A program made the position numbers and the translations under genes. 64,000 nucleotides of DNA from an uncultured Clostridia bacterium (GTDB lineage: Bacteria; Bacillota_I; Bacilli_A; RF39; UBA660). Of this stretch, positions 1-10,396 are shown piece after piece (the stretch's first letter is position 1; each line of letters opens with the position of its first letter). The notes beneath the pieces are model-generated. The model did no database searches, had not been told where the DNA came from, and saw nothing but the letters and a program-made list of their open reading frames with translations. The stretch lies in assembly GCA_945871105.1 (NCBI GenBank), contig CAMBUO010000002.1:19662-83661 (forward strand), written 5' to 3'.

Positions 1-532
1 TAATTAAAAAACGATCAAGTTGGGCTTCAGCTAATGGATAAGTACCTTCTTGTTCAATCGGATTTTGGGTCGCAATAACAATAAAAATAGGAGGTAAAGG
101 ATATAAAACTCCACCAATAGTAACTTGTCTTTCTTGCATGGCTTCAAGCATAGCACTTTGCGTTTTAGCACTCGAACGATTTATTTCATCTAATAAAACA
201 AAGTTTGCATAAACCGGTCCCATTTTCGTTTCAAAAGTACTTTTAGCTGAATTAAAAGTCTGAGTTCCTATAATATCACTAGGTAATAAATCAGGGGTAC
301 ATTGAATTCTCGAAAAAGAACCACCAATAGCATTTGTTAAAACCTTAGCTGCCGTTGTTTTGGCTAAACCAGGAACTGATTCTAATAAAATATGTCCATT
401 AGCAATTAAAGTTGTTAATAAAGACATTCGTAAATTAGTTTGACCAACAATTCTTTCGCTAAAATAAGAATTTAACATGGTAACTATATTAGTAGCTTTC
501 TGTAAAGTAGCATTATCAATTTCTTCGTTCAT
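1..532 (-). CDS. MoxR-like AAA+ ATPase, N-terminal part (3' end outside window)
   Basis: Not in the ORF track because it runs off the window. Own translation from the ATG at 530-532 gives [59 protein letters not shown]..., which carries a MoxR-type Walker A (GxPGxAKT). The frame stays open to position 1. Confidence 0.8.
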   Translation of the reverse strand, partial: MNEEIDNATLQKATNIVTMLNSYFSERIVGQTNLRMSLLTTLIANGHILLESVPGLAKTTAAKVLTNAIGGSFSRIQCTPDLLPSDIIGTQTFNSAKSTFETKMGPVYANFVLLDEINRSSAKTQSAMLEAMQERQVTIGGVLYPLPPIFIVIATQNPIEQEGTYPLAEAQLDRFLI

Positions 533-637
533 ATAAAACCTCACTATTTTAATTATAACATTTTTTTTTAATTATTCAATAACGAAACAAAATAATAATG
601 ATAATTTTATTTCATAAAAAAATAGGAAAATTAATTC

Positions 638-1615
638 CTATTCCATACTTTCTAACATTTTTATAATACTAATTCCATATCCTTTGGTATTATCACTTAT
701 AACCGTATGGGTAACAGCTCCAATTATTTTATTATCTTGAATAATAGGTGATCCACTCATACCTCGAACGATTCCTCCCGTTTTTTGAATTAATTCTTGA
801 TCAGTTATTTGAAATAAAATATTTTTAGTTTCACTTTGTTTATCAACACTTATAACTTCTATTTCAAATTCTTCAATCTTACTCTTAGTTAAAGTTGTTC
901 TAATATAAGCCTTACCTATTTTAATATCATCCATACTACCTACTTCAAGCAGGTTACTAGTACTATAATCTTCATTATAAGTACCATAGATACCTGTTTC
1001 TAAGTTTTTATCAATGGTTCCATATACAGTTTCAAAGTAAAACTTAGCATTTTTTTCACCTGCATAGCCATCTCTTGATTTATCAATACCAGTTATCTCG
1101 GATTTAAAAATTTGTCCATTTTTTACATCAAAACGAATATTAGTTTTACTATCGGTAATAGAATGACCTAAAGCTCCATAACGATTACTACTAGGATCGA
1201 TAAAAGTTAAAGTACCAATACCAGTTACACTATCTTTAACATATAAACCTGTTTTAAAAACACCATTATTATCTTTAGTTAATTTTAAAGTAGTATATTT
1301 AAGCTGATTATTTCTTTTATAACCAACTTCTAAAGTAATTGTATCATCATCAGTATCAATAATTTTTATCATATCATTAATAGAAGAAATGGAAGTATCA
1401 TTAATTGAAACAATTAAATCCCCTAATTTTAAATCACTTTGAGGATTATTAGTTTCATAAAATCCTACAACTAAAATACCATCACTTCTAATCGTAATAC
1501 CTAAATTCTCACCACCTGGAACTAAATATTTACTTAAAGCAAAAGTATTTAAAGGACCTAATAAAAACATTAAAAAAAGTATTAGTAGTTTTCTTTTAAA
1601 ATTCATCTTTATCAC
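638..1615 (-). CDS. spoIVB: SpoIVB stage IV sporulation signalling serine peptidase (S55)
   Basis: N-terminal signal anchor and a PDZ-like segment. GTLTFIDPSSNRYGALGH and GMSGSPIIQDNKIIGAVTH closely match the SpoIVB catalytic His/Ser regions. Confidence 0.9.
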   Translation of the reverse strand: MIKMNFKRKLLILFLMFLLGPLNTFALSKYLVPGGENLGITIRSDGILVVGFYETNNPQSDLKLGDLIVSINDTSISSINDMIKIIDTDDDTITLEVGYKRNNQLKYTTLKLTKDNNGVFKTGLYVKDSVTGIGTLTFIDPSSNRYGALGHSITDSKTNIRFDVKNGQIFKSEITGIDKSRDGYAGEKNAKFYFETVYGTIDKNLETGIYGTYNEDYSTSNLLEVGSMDDIKIGKAYIRTTLTKSKIEEFEIEVISVDKQSETKNILFQITDQELIQKTGGIVRGMSGSPIIQDNKIIGAVTHTVISDNTKGYGISIIKMLESME

Positions 1616-1673
1616 TCCTTTTAAAATTAACTACAATACTATTATTTACAAAATATAATTATTCATAACAAAA

Positions 1674-3602
1674 TTACTTATTTAGATATTCCAATATTTT
1701 ACTTTCTAATTCTTCTACTGTAAAACCAAAATGTTTTAATAATTCTTCTTTTGCTCCACATAAACTAAAGTTATTTAATCCTATTACTTTATTCGTAATT
1801 TCATAATAATAATTAGGTGCTCCAAAATTAATAGCAATCGAAGTTTCTTCTTGTAATTGCTTAATTAATTTATGTTTACTATTTTTCATACATGGACAAC
1901 TATATACTTTAGTATGAATACCAATTGTTTCTAAATTAGTACTAACTTTTAAAACTAAACCTAATTCTTCACCATTAGCAAGTAAATTAATATAATCAGG
2001 ATACTCTGTATCTTTAATTAAATAAATTCCTTCTTTAATACCACTTGTTTTAGTTAAATCAGATATTTCTTTATTATCTCTTGGTAAGATTAAAGCACTT
2101 GGATTAGTATTTTGAAATATTTCTTGATAACAACCAATTAATTCATTAAAATCATATGGACGATATACTTTTAAATTCGGTATTAATTCTAAAGATAATA
2201 ATTGTTCAATTGGATGATGAGTTGGTCCATCTTCACCAACCGTAAAGGAATCATGAGTAAAGATATATAAAACAGGTAAATTCATTAAAGCTGACATTCT
2301 AATACTTGGTTTCATATAATCGGAAAATGTTAAAAAAGTACTACCAAATGGTCTTAATCCAGCTAAAGCCAACCCATTTAAAATACCAGCCATAGCATGT
2401 TCTCTAATTCCAAAATAAATATTACGACCTAAATAATTATCACGACTAAATATTTCCTCTTCTTTTAAATTAGTTTTACAACTAGAAGATAAATCAGCAC
2501 TTCCCCCAATTAAAAGAGGAAAACCAGTAGCTATTTTATTTAAAACTTCACCTGATAAATCTCTTAAAGATTTATTTGCATAATCGATTTCTAAATCCGT
2601 TAAATTATAAGTATTTTCCTCTTGAATTATTTTTTTAACTATAGCATTTTCTTGTTTTTTTGCTTTATTCATATCTAAATATTCTTGAAAACGATTTTTA
2701 ACATTTGTTTTTAAATCTTCAACAACTTCTAAACTAGCTGTAAAAGGAGTTTGGTATAAACCTAATTTCTCTTTAATTTGATAAATATCTTCATCATCTA
2801 AAGGTTTACCATGAACTAAATTAGTTCCTTGATTTTTGGAATATAGACCAATAGTTGTTTTACAGATAATAATACTTGGTAAATCACTTTTTTTAGCTTC
2901 TTTAATAGCATTATCAATATTATTTACTTGATCATCAGTTTCAATTACTTGAAAATTAATACTTTCGAATCTTTTTTTAATATCTTCTCTTGATGATACT
3001 TCTAATTTATTATCTAATGTTACATCGTTACTATCGTATAAAACTATTAATTTATTTAATTTTAAAGTACCGGCTAAACTTAAAGCTTCATAAGTAATTC
3101 CTTCTTCTAGTTCGCCATCACCACATAAAACATAAGTATAATAATCAATTTCTTGATTACTCAATTTATTTAAATAAGCCTCGGCTATTGCATAACCAAC
3201 ACTAGTTGCAACACCTTGACCAAGTGGACCTGTTGACATTTCTATAAAAGGTGTCACTTTATATTCGGGATGACCTGGGGTTAAAGAATTTAATTTTCTT
3301 AATTTTTTTAAATCATCTAAAGAAAGAATACCTAATAAATAATAAATTCCATATAAAAGTGGAACACCATGACCAGCTGACAAAATAAAGCGATCACGAT
3401 TATAAAACTTATCATCTTCTAAATTAATTAATAAATGTCTTTTAAATAAAGTATAAACAATACTACTAGCACCTAAACAAATACCAGGATGACCTGAATT
3501 AGCTTCATGAATCATATCAATAGTTAATCCTCTTAAACAATTAACACCTAATTTATCAATTTCATAATCTTCTCTATTCTTATTTAATATGTTATCTAAC
3601 AT
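1674..3602 (-). CDS. tkt: Transketolase
   Basis: 642 aa. Contains GHPGICLGASS, the ThDP-binding GDGELEEG motif, and full-length three-domain transketolase architecture. Confidence 0.93.
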   Translation of the reverse strand: MLDNILNKNREDYEIDKLGVNCLRGLTIDMIHEANSGHPGICLGASSIVYTLFKRHLLINLEDDKFYNRDRFILSAGHGVPLLYGIYYLLGILSLDDLKKLRKLNSLTPGHPEYKVTPFIEMSTGPLGQGVATSVGYAIAEAYLNKLSNQEIDYYTYVLCGDGELEEGITYEALSLAGTLKLNKLIVLYDSNDVTLDNKLEVSSREDIKKRFESINFQVIETDDQVNNIDNAIKEAKKSDLPSIIICKTTIGLYSKNQGTNLVHGKPLDDEDIYQIKEKLGLYQTPFTASLEVVEDLKTNVKNRFQEYLDMNKAKKQENAIVKKIIQEENTYNLTDLEIDYANKSLRDLSGEVLNKIATGFPLLIGGSADLSSSCKTNLKEEEIFSRDNYLGRNIYFGIREHAMAGILNGLALAGLRPFGSTFLTFSDYMKPSIRMSALMNLPVLYIFTHDSFTVGEDGPTHHPIEQLLSLELIPNLKVYRPYDFNELIGCYQEIFQNTNPSALILPRDNKEISDLTKTSGIKEGIYLIKDTEYPDYINLLANGEELGLVLKVSTNLETIGIHTKVYSCPCMKNSKHKLIKQLQEETSIAINFGAPNYYYEITNKVIGLNNFSLCGAKEELLKHFGFTVEELESKILEYLNK

Positions 3603-3703
3603 AATACCTCCTATTTATATTATAATTATAACTAATTTTAATCCTTTTTAAAAGAAATTTGACAAAAAAATATTTATTATTATAATATACATCAGGTGGG
3701 GTT

Positions 3704-4276
3704 ATGAACAACTTTATAACTAATATAGAATTAAAAGATAAATATATTATTATTACTTATCGAAACGATGAAACTAGAAAAATAATATACAATGAATTAA
3801 ATCGTTTAGAAATATTAAGACATATCAAATTAGAAAAAGATAAATTACTAAAAGAAAAAGAGTATTTTAAACATGCTAAACTAATTACTGTCATTGTAAA
3901 TATTTCACAATTAACTCTATATTTATTAACTAACTTTTTAATTAATAATTTAGTATTTACTATTATAAGTTCTTTTTTAGCTTTAGAAATGACTTTTTTT
4001 AATTATTTATTTTATATTTATTATAAACGAGAATTAAATGGTATTAATAATTTATTAAATAGTTTAGAAACTAATCAATTACCAAATGAAAAAGAATTTT
4101 TAGAAAAAAGAAAGATAATTAATGTAGAAGAACATTTAAATTTAAAAGAACAAATGAATATTTATAATCAATATGACTATGATTATCCAGGAAGAATTAA
4201 TTATCAAAATGATTTTAAATTTCAAGATAATACTTATGGTAAAATATTAGAATTTAAGTTAAAAGACGAAAAATAG
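3704..4276 (+). CDS. Hypothetical membrane protein
   Basis: 190-aa ORF preceded by GGTGGGG 3 nt upstream of the ATG (short spacing). Has two central hydrophobic helices and is followed by a hairpin terminator. No recognisable domain. Confidence 0.6.
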   Translation: MNNFITNIELKDKYIIITYRNDETRKIIYNELNRLEILRHIKLEKDKLLKEKEYFKHAKLITVIVNISQLTLYLLTNFLINNLVFTIISSFLALEMTFFNYLFYIYYKRELNGINNLLNSLETNQLPNEKEFLEKRKIINVEEHLNLKEQMNIYNQYDYDYPGRINYQNDFKFQDNTYGKILEFKLKDEK

Positions 4277-4300
4277 AAAGAAAAACTCTTTCTATTTTTT
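4273..4300 (+). terminator. Rho-independent terminator (flanked by A and T runs, possibly bidirectional)
   Basis: Stem ATAGAAAG / CTTTCTAT followed by TTTTT, immediately after the stop of the 3704-4276 gene. Confidence 0.6.
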
Positions 4301-4457
4301 AAATCATATTTTCAAAGTCATCACACATGTCTTTTTCTAAACGACACATTTCTTTTTTCGTTTTAGGACTTAAAACAAAGTTATACATTAAAACTCCAGC
4401 TCCTATAAAAGCAGCACTAGTAAGACCTAAAATCATTCCTTTTTTCATACATTTCAT
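4299..4457 (-). CDS. Small (52 aa) single-pass membrane protein, hypothetical
   Basis: Own translation: MKCMKKGMILGLTSAAFIGAGVLMYNFVLSPKTKKEMCRLEKDMCDDFENMI. GGTGA Shine-Dalgarno lies 4 nt upstream of the ATG. More plausible than the overlapping plus-strand track ORF 4327-4509. Confidence 0.45.
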   Translation of the reverse strand: MKCMKKGMILGLTSAAFIGAGVLMYNFVLSPKTKKEMCRLEKDMCDDFENMI

Positions 4458-4519
4458 TTTATCACCTACTAAAAATATGATTAGTACTTTCGTACCATTT
4501 ATATTATAGTTATTTTTTT

Positions 4520-6700
4520 TTATTTTATACTATATCTATTTTTAATTTTTAAACTTAAATTAGTTTTTCTGTTATCTTCTTTGGTATTTTTAACTCCATA
4601 GTCAAGGGCTTTAGCATCACCAAGTAATATTAATTTTGATTTAGCTCGAGTTACTCCTGTATAAATTAACTTTTTATAAAGCATTCTTCCATATTCTTTT
4701 AGAATAGGTATAATAACCGTTTTAAATTCACTTCCCTGGGATTTATGAATACTTATAACATAACCTAAAGTAAAATTTTGAAAATTAGAACTATTAAAAG
4801 TTACTATATTTGAATCAAAATCAATAGTTACTTCTTTTAAAATATTATTAATTTCTAAAATAATACCAATATCACCATTATAAATATTATCATCTGGCAT
4901 ATTAACTAGTTGTAAAACTTTATCACCTTCTCGATATAAAACATCATAAATTACTATTTCATTTTTATTACTACTTTTAGGATTTAATAATTCTTGCATC
5001 ATTTTATTTAAATTATTAATACCATTTAAAGTTTTATACATAGGAGCCATAACTTGATAATCTAAGTAATCTAAATTTCTATATCTATTTAAAATAGTTA
5101 CTAAATTATCTTTTAAATTTAGAGAATCAGCTTTATAAAATAATAAATCATCATCTTTATTAAATAATTTATAATTAATATCTTCAATATTAATATCATA
5201 AGCTAGTTCAATAATATTTGATTTTTCACTTTGTCGATATAATTTATTTAATTTAATAACCGGAAAAATATCAGAATCAATCAAATCTTTTAAAACATTT
5301 CCAGGAGAAACACTTGGTAATTGATTACTATCGCCTACTAATATTAGTTTGATATCATATTTTAAACCATTTAAAAGAGAGGAAAATAAAGTTGTATCTA
5401 ACATACTAGCTTCATCTACGATAACTAATTTAACTAAACTTTTATTTCTTTCATTAACTTGAAAACGATTAGTATCTTTATTCCATTTTAAGAAACGATG
5501 AATTGTACTAGCTTTATATAAAGTTGCTTCCATGATTCTTTTACTAGCCCGACCAGTTGGAGCCAGTAAAGCAATATCATCCTCATAGACATGAAAAATA
5601 TCTTGATACATTGAAACAATACTTTTAATAATTGTTGTTTTTCCAGTTCCAGGTCCACCGGTAATAATTAAAAAATTCTTTAAAAATGCTGTTTTAATAG
5701 CTTCAATTTGACAAGTATCATATTTAATATGATATTCCTTTTCTAACTTTAGAATTTTTTTATCTAATTCATCTTTTTTATAAACTAAATCATTTTTATT
5801 TTGTAAATAAGTTAAACGTTTAACAATATTATCATCAGCTTCATAATAAGTCATTAATTGATAATTATCAGCAAACTTAATTATTTTTAAACTACTAACT
5901 AATTCCTCTAAACATTTGAAAAATAAAGATTCAGATACTTCATAATTAATAATAATTTTTAACATATTACTAATTTCTAAAATATTAGAATATGTATCTC
6001 CTCTTTCAAAAGCAAGTGTTTCCATAGAAGCAATAATACCAGCTTTAACTCTTCTTTTATCATCTCTTAAATAACCATTTTTTTTAGCAATTAAATCAAC
6101 TTTAGAAAAGCTTATTTTATCAAGATCATAATATAAATTATATAAATCAGAATCAATAATATTTAAAGTTTCTTCTTTATAATTTTTATAAATTAGACCA
6201 CTATCTTTAACCGAAAAACCTAAATCTGTTAATTTTAAAATAATATCCGAACTACCAGATAATTCAGTTAATTTATTTTTAATAGTTTCAATATTTTTTA
6301 AACTTAAAGATTCTATTTCTTTTAAAACACTAGGATTTTCTTTAATAATTTTTACAGCATCATCACCTAATTTTTCATAGATTTTTAAAGCTTTTGCCTC
6401 ACCTATTCCTTTAAATAAATCACTTGAAAAAAACTTGATAATACTATTTTTATCCTCAGGAATTATTCTTTGATAACTAGAAACATTTAATTGTTCTCCG
6501 TATTTAGCATGTTTTTGCATTTCTCCTACTACTTCTAAATTAAGTTCTTCAGATATATCATAAAAATAACCTGTGATGGTTATAGTTTTATTATTATACT
6601 TATTATCTAAATCATTTTTTAAAACTTTAAATAAAAGGACCATGTAATTATTATCAGATTTAAAAATAATTTTACTAATACTTCCTTGAAATTTATTCAT
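4520..6700 (-). CDS. recD2: RecD2-type SF1B ATP-dependent DNA helicase
   Basis: Walker A GGPGTGKTT, Walker B VIVDEASM, C-terminal SIHKSQGSEF, N-terminal HhH (GIGEAKALKIYEKLG). Start moved to MNKFQGS (6700); it overlaps the mutM stop by 8 nt. Confidence 0.88.
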   Translation of the reverse strand: MNKFQGSISKIIFKSDNNYMVLLFKVLKNDLDNKYNNKTITITGYFYDISEELNLEVVGEMQKHAKYGEQLNVSSYQRIIPEDKNSIIKFFSSDLFKGIGEAKALKIYEKLGDDAVKIIKENPSVLKEIESLSLKNIETIKNKLTELSGSSDIILKLTDLGFSVKDSGLIYKNYKEETLNIIDSDLYNLYYDLDKISFSKVDLIAKKNGYLRDDKRRVKAGIIASMETLAFERGDTYSNILEISNMLKIIINYEVSESLFFKCLEELVSSLKIIKFADNYQLMTYYEADDNIVKRLTYLQNKNDLVYKKDELDKKILKLEKEYHIKYDTCQIEAIKTAFLKNFLIITGGPGTGKTTIIKSIVSMYQDIFHVYEDDIALLAPTGRASKRIMEATLYKASTIHRFLKWNKDTNRFQVNERNKSLVKLVIVDEASMLDTTLFSSLLNGLKYDIKLILVGDSNQLPSVSPGNVLKDLIDSDIFPVIKLNKLYRQSEKSNIIELAYDINIEDINYKLFNKDDDLLFYKADSLNLKDNLVTILNRYRNLDYLDYQVMAPMYKTLNGINNLNKMMQELLNPKSSNKNEIVIYDVLYREGDKVLQLVNMPDDNIYNGDIGIILEINNILKEVTIDFDSNIVTFNSSNFQNFTLGYVISIHKSQGSEFKTVIIPILKEYGRMLYKKLIYTGVTRAKSKLILLGDAKALDYGVKNTKEDNRKTNLSLKIKNRYSIK

Positions 6701-7508
6701 CTTGCACCTGACAATTGGAACAATAATAAGTACTACGTCCACCTATTTTAATAACTTCTAATTTTTTATTACACAAAGGACAATTAGTCTTTGTATGAAC
6801 TAATAATTTAGTTTGATAACTACCTTTAACACCTAAACTTGATGTATAACTTCGAATCGTTGTTCCCCCTAAAGAAATAGCTTCTTCTAAGATTTCTTTC
6901 GTGTTATTAATTATTTTTAAACATTCAGATTCATTTAATAAATTGGCTTTTTTTAAAGGAAAAATTTTACTTTTAAAAAGTATTTCATCAGCATAAATAT
7001 TACCAATTCCTGTAATAATACTTTGATCAAGTAAAATAGTTTTAATCGGAGTTTTTTTAATTTTAAATTTACTAAGTAAATAAGAACTAGTTAAATCCTT
7101 AGAAAAAGGTTCCAAACCAAGATCTTTTAAAGGTGTATCTATAAATAGTTTATCCGGTTTAACTAAATACATAACTCCAAATTTACGAACATCATTATAT
7201 TTTAAATAATAACCATTATTAAGTTTAAAAACTATTTGATCATGTTTATTCATATCTAAAATAGGAACATAAAAATATTTACCTTCCATTCTTAAATGAC
7301 TAACAAGACAATAATTAGTTGTTATAAATACTAACCATTTACCATATCTTTTAATATCCTTTACTTCTTCTCCTATTAAATTATTAAATTCAGTTAAATC
7401 TGTTTTTATCATTGAAGGATAATTAACAATAAGAGAATCTATTTTTAAACCAATTAAATTTTTCTTTAATACTTTTCTAACAGTTTCTACTTCTGGTAAT
7501 TCAGGCAT
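6693..7508 (-). CDS. mutM: Formamidopyrimidine-DNA glycosylase
   Basis: N-terminus MPELPEVETV (catalytic Pro2/Glu3), H2TH region, C-terminal zinc finger CPLCNKK...YYCSNCQ. Confidence 0.93.
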   Translation of the reverse strand: MPELPEVETVRKVLKKNLIGLKIDSLIVNYPSMIKTDLTEFNNLIGEEVKDIKRYGKWLVFITTNYCLVSHLRMEGKYFYVPILDMNKHDQIVFKLNNGYYLKYNDVRKFGVMYLVKPDKLFIDTPLKDLGLEPFSKDLTSSYLLSKFKIKKTPIKTILLDQSIITGIGNIYADEILFKSKIFPLKKANLLNESECLKIINNTKEILEEAISLGGTTIRSYTSSLGVKGSYQTKLLVHTKTNCPLCNKKLEVIKIGGRSTYYCSNCQVQDE

Positions 7509-7738
7509 ACTATCACCTCTTAAATTATTTTATAGTTATTTCCCTATTTTGTAAAGAAGATTTTTTCTAACACGATCAAAAAATGAAAAATGATTAATTT
7601 TTTCACTTTTTTAATATTCATGTAATTCAGATACTATAATGAGCTATTTTTAACTAATCTTTTTTAGTATCATATATAATTATCCCGTTTCTGTACTAGT
7701 TTCTTGATAACTTAAAATATTGCATAGTAATAGTTCTT

Positions 7739-8311
7739 TTAATCATTTTCTAAAACTTGTTTAGAATCAATATTAATACTAATATTTTCTACCATGTTTT
7801 GATATTCATAAGTATCATATCCTGTTGGATAGTATATATATAATTGATAAATATCCGTTTCATCACTTGTATAACCAAATTCATATTCAGCAGTTTCTAT
7901 ATTTCTTAAATACATTCCATCACTATCCTGATTAATAGTTTCACCTAAAGATACATTATTTAATTCAGTTCCGTCTTGCTTATAAAGTTCATAAGTAAAT
8001 GGTAAATTAGTTGTTGTTGTTATTTTAATCTTATATCTAGCCATAGTTTCTAATCTTTTTTCATCCTTAAAATTAGAAACAGAAAAAGTATAAATATATG
8101 GTTCAGTACTAGGACCTATATCCCTCATGACTAAATTTTCTGTTTGCATACTAGAAGATATAATATAAAAAGCAATATCAACATTAGCATTACTACTAGC
8201 AATTGATTGGTATCTTGCTAAAGCATTAGGAACAATCAACAATACTAAAAATAAAAAAGAAAAAGCAATAATAATTTTAAATGATATTTTAAGTCTTCTC
8301 TTTGAAAACAT
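7739..8311 (-). CDS. Secreted TasA/camelysin-like small protein with SipW-type signal peptide (module A, last gene)
   Basis: Start refined to MFSKRRLK, with a GAGGT SD upstream. The signal anchor ends in ...NALARYQSIASS. About 190 aa and beta-rich. Directly downstream of a SipW-type peptidase gene. Confidence 0.55.
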   Translation of the reverse strand: MFSKRRLKISFKIIIAFSFLFLVLLIVPNALARYQSIASSNANVDIAFYIISSSMQTENLVMRDIGPSTEPYIYTFSVSNFKDEKRLETMARYKIKITTTTNLPFTYELYKQDGTELNNVSLGETINQDSDGMYLRNIETAEYEFGYTSDETDIYQLYIYYPTGYDTYEYQNMVENISINIDSKQVLEND

Positions 8312-8318
8312 CTTTACC

Positions 8319-9197
8319 TCATTTCTTTTTTTGTTGATTAAAAGCAAAAACATATTCACAAGTTGCATCTAAATCAATTTTTTTCTTTGTTTTTGATTTT
8401 ACTTCTTCAACTGTTTTATTATTTAAATTATCTACTAAACTATTTCTACGTTTTTTCTCTTCTAATTTATTTTTAATAACTTTTTCTTCTTCTTCTAAAC
8501 TCTTTAAATTTAAAAATAATTCAGCTGTTTCCCCTAAATCAATTTCTTTTTTTGTCTGTTTATCTAATTGAATATTAGAAATTAAATTTTCTATGTCCTT
8601 ATTATTATTTCTTCCTTCTTGAACAATTTTAACCTCAAGATTATCATCATCTTTCACATTTATTTTTCTAAATAAATTTATTTTTTTAGATTTACTATTC
8701 TTTACTTCACTTGGAACATAAGAAAAACATAAACTAAAAAGAAATAAAGTTATAAAAACTGATACAAAAACTTTAGGCGTTAATAAAATGTCCCCAAGCA
8801 ATCCAAAACTAGGTATTTTACATACTAATTTCCCAACAATTTTCGATGTATCAATTGGATTATCTTCCGTATTATTATAATCACCTTTAGTAACAAAAGT
8901 TTCTTTATTGTTTGATATTACTCGATGGGTTATAAATTCATTTTCTTCACTATAGGTAATTATATCTCCTACTTTAACATCATCAGTAATTTTAACAATT
9001 ATTATATCGTTTACATTTAAAGTTGGCTGCATACTACCTGTAGCAACTGAAAATAAGGTATAGCCAAAAATATCAACATATGGTTTTTTTAAAACTTTTA
9101 ATTGCATAAATCCAGCTATGCAAAAAACAATAACAACTAGTGAAAATACTAAAAAAACATTAACAATAATTTGTACTATTTTTTCTAATTTTTTCAT
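8319..9197 (-). CDS. sipW: SipW-type (ER/archaeal-type) signal peptidase I with a long C-terminal extension
   Basis: N-terminal TM helix, catalytic Ser box VATGSMQPTLNVNDIIIVK, His box FITHRV, and KGDYNNTEDNP. A second TM helix is followed by a ~130-aa Lys/Glu-rich tail. Confidence 0.8.
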   Translation of the reverse strand: MKKLEKIVQIIVNVFLVFSLVVIVFCIAGFMQLKVLKKPYVDIFGYTLFSVATGSMQPTLNVNDIIIVKITDDVKVGDIITYSEENEFITHRVISNNKETFVTKGDYNNTEDNPIDTSKIVGKLVCKIPSFGLLGDILLTPKVFVSVFITLFLFSLCFSYVPSEVKNSKSKKINLFRKINVKDDDNLEVKIVQEGRNNNKDIENLISNIQLDKQTKKEIDLGETAELFLNLKSLEEEEKVIKNKLEEKKRRNSLVDNLNNKTVEEVKSKTKKKIDLDATCEYVFAFNQQKKK

Positions 9198-9209
9198 CTA
9201 ATCACCACA

Positions 9210-9818
9210 CTATCCTTCAAATTCTGTTATTTCTTCTCCTAAATATTGAGTAACTGTAAGAGTAACAGGTATATCTAATTTATTGTTATAAATTGATCCT
9301 AATTGAGAATCTTCTTCATTATTTTCTTCAATATTATTCCAGACAACATTTACCCGAATATTATTTTTTTTCCCCTCTTTTATTTCACTTAAAGTTAAAA
9401 CATTTGTATATGTATTAAGATTAGTCTTAATTAAATTAGCTCCCGTTGTTTCTTGAATACTTAAAACATTAATACTATTTGATAAAGATGAAAAATCAAA
9501 ACTTATATCATAACGAATAGAAACATCAGTATCAGTTGGATCAATTTCAATATCAAAGTACCCTGTTGTCCCTGGTGCTAATTTATTATCTTTAGTATAG
9601 GTGTTTTCATCTACTTTAATCTTATCAACTAAAAAATTAGTTGTTTCTCCTGATAAAGACGTATTATTAACATTTATATTCCATTTAGCTGTATTCAAAT
9701 CATTAACAACCGATATATTTGTTTCTAATAAAGCATAAGTATCATAAATAGAATAAATTGTATAAAGTATAGCCAAAGAAAAAACTAATATAAGTAAAGT
9801 TTTAATCTTACTTCTCAT
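9210..9818 (-). CDS. Secreted TasA/camelysin-like protein with SipW-type signal peptide
   Basis: Signal anchor then DTYALLETNISVVNDLNTAKWNINVNN. C-terminal alternating strand LDIPVTLTVTQ. Paralogous to 22135-22707 (ARWRILVNN ... LDVNLHFVQ). Overlaps the upstream gene by 11 nt. Confidence 0.6.
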   Translation of the reverse strand: MRSKIKTLLILVFSLAILYTIYSIYDTYALLETNISVVNDLNTAKWNINVNNTSLSGETTNFLVDKIKVDENTYTKDNKLAPGTTGYFDIEIDPTDTDVSIRYDISFDFSSLSNSINVLSIQETTGANLIKTNLNTYTNVLTLSEIKEGKKNNIRVNVVWNNIEENNEEDSQLGSIYNNKLDIPVTLTVTQYLGEEITEFEG

Positions 9819-10341
9819 CTAATGGCCTTTTCATTTCAACAATAACAGCATAAATTTGATAAATAAATAATATTAAAATTGGAAAAATAATAACAAATAA
9901 AAATCCCCATTTTGATTCTAATATGCTTAAAATTTTACCAACACCAGGATAAGTTTTACTAGTTTCCATTTTTCCTACAACATATTGACTAGAAACTGGT
10001 AAATCTCCTTCCATAATATATGTATATTCACTATCATTAATTCTTTGCACACCAACAACTTTACCTAAATTAACAGAAACCTTATTTTGATAGGCGTTAT
10101 AAAAAAATATTTTATCTCCATTATAAATATCTTCATTATTATTTTTATAAACAACAACTAAGTCATTTTTCTTATAATCAGGTTCTAAATCATTATCAGA
10201 TACTATTATCAAAGAATTTTTACCTAATTCTGTTATATTATAATCATTATAATTTAATAAACAAACGGTTAAAAAGATAGCTACAGCCATATAAACAGCT
10301 ATTACTATTACTCCTAAAATTTTTACTACTTTCTTCATCAT
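9808..10341 (-). CDS. Catalytically degenerate SipW-like pseudo-peptidase (bitopic membrane protein)
   Basis: Same N-TM / beta-core / C-TM layout as SipW. The Ser box reads VSDNDLEPDYKKNDLVVV, against VLSGSMEPEFNTGDLILV as I recall B. subtilis SipW, so the nucleophile Ser is Asp. The His box reads VGVQRI (His to Gln). The exact start is uncertain (10338, 10341 or 10365). Confidence 0.6.
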   Translation of the reverse strand: MMKKVVKILGVIVIAVYMAVAIFLTVCLLNYNDYNITELGKNSLIIVSDNDLEPDYKKNDLVVVYKNNNEDIYNGDKIFFYNAYQNKVSVNLGKVVGVQRINDSEYTYIMEGDLPVSSQYVVGKMETSKTYPGVGKILSILESKWGFLFVIIFPILILFIYQIYAVIVEMKRPLDEK

Positions 10342-10396
10342 ACCACCAATTGAAGTATACCACATCAAGTATCAAGATGCAATAACTTTTCCTTTC

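Noticed and set aside
4327-4509. Plus-strand 60-aa ORF in the 4277-4519 gap.
   Set aside because: It has no SD. The minus-strand 52-aa ORF (4299-4457) has a GGTGA SD and a clean TM helix, and fits the flanking terminator better.
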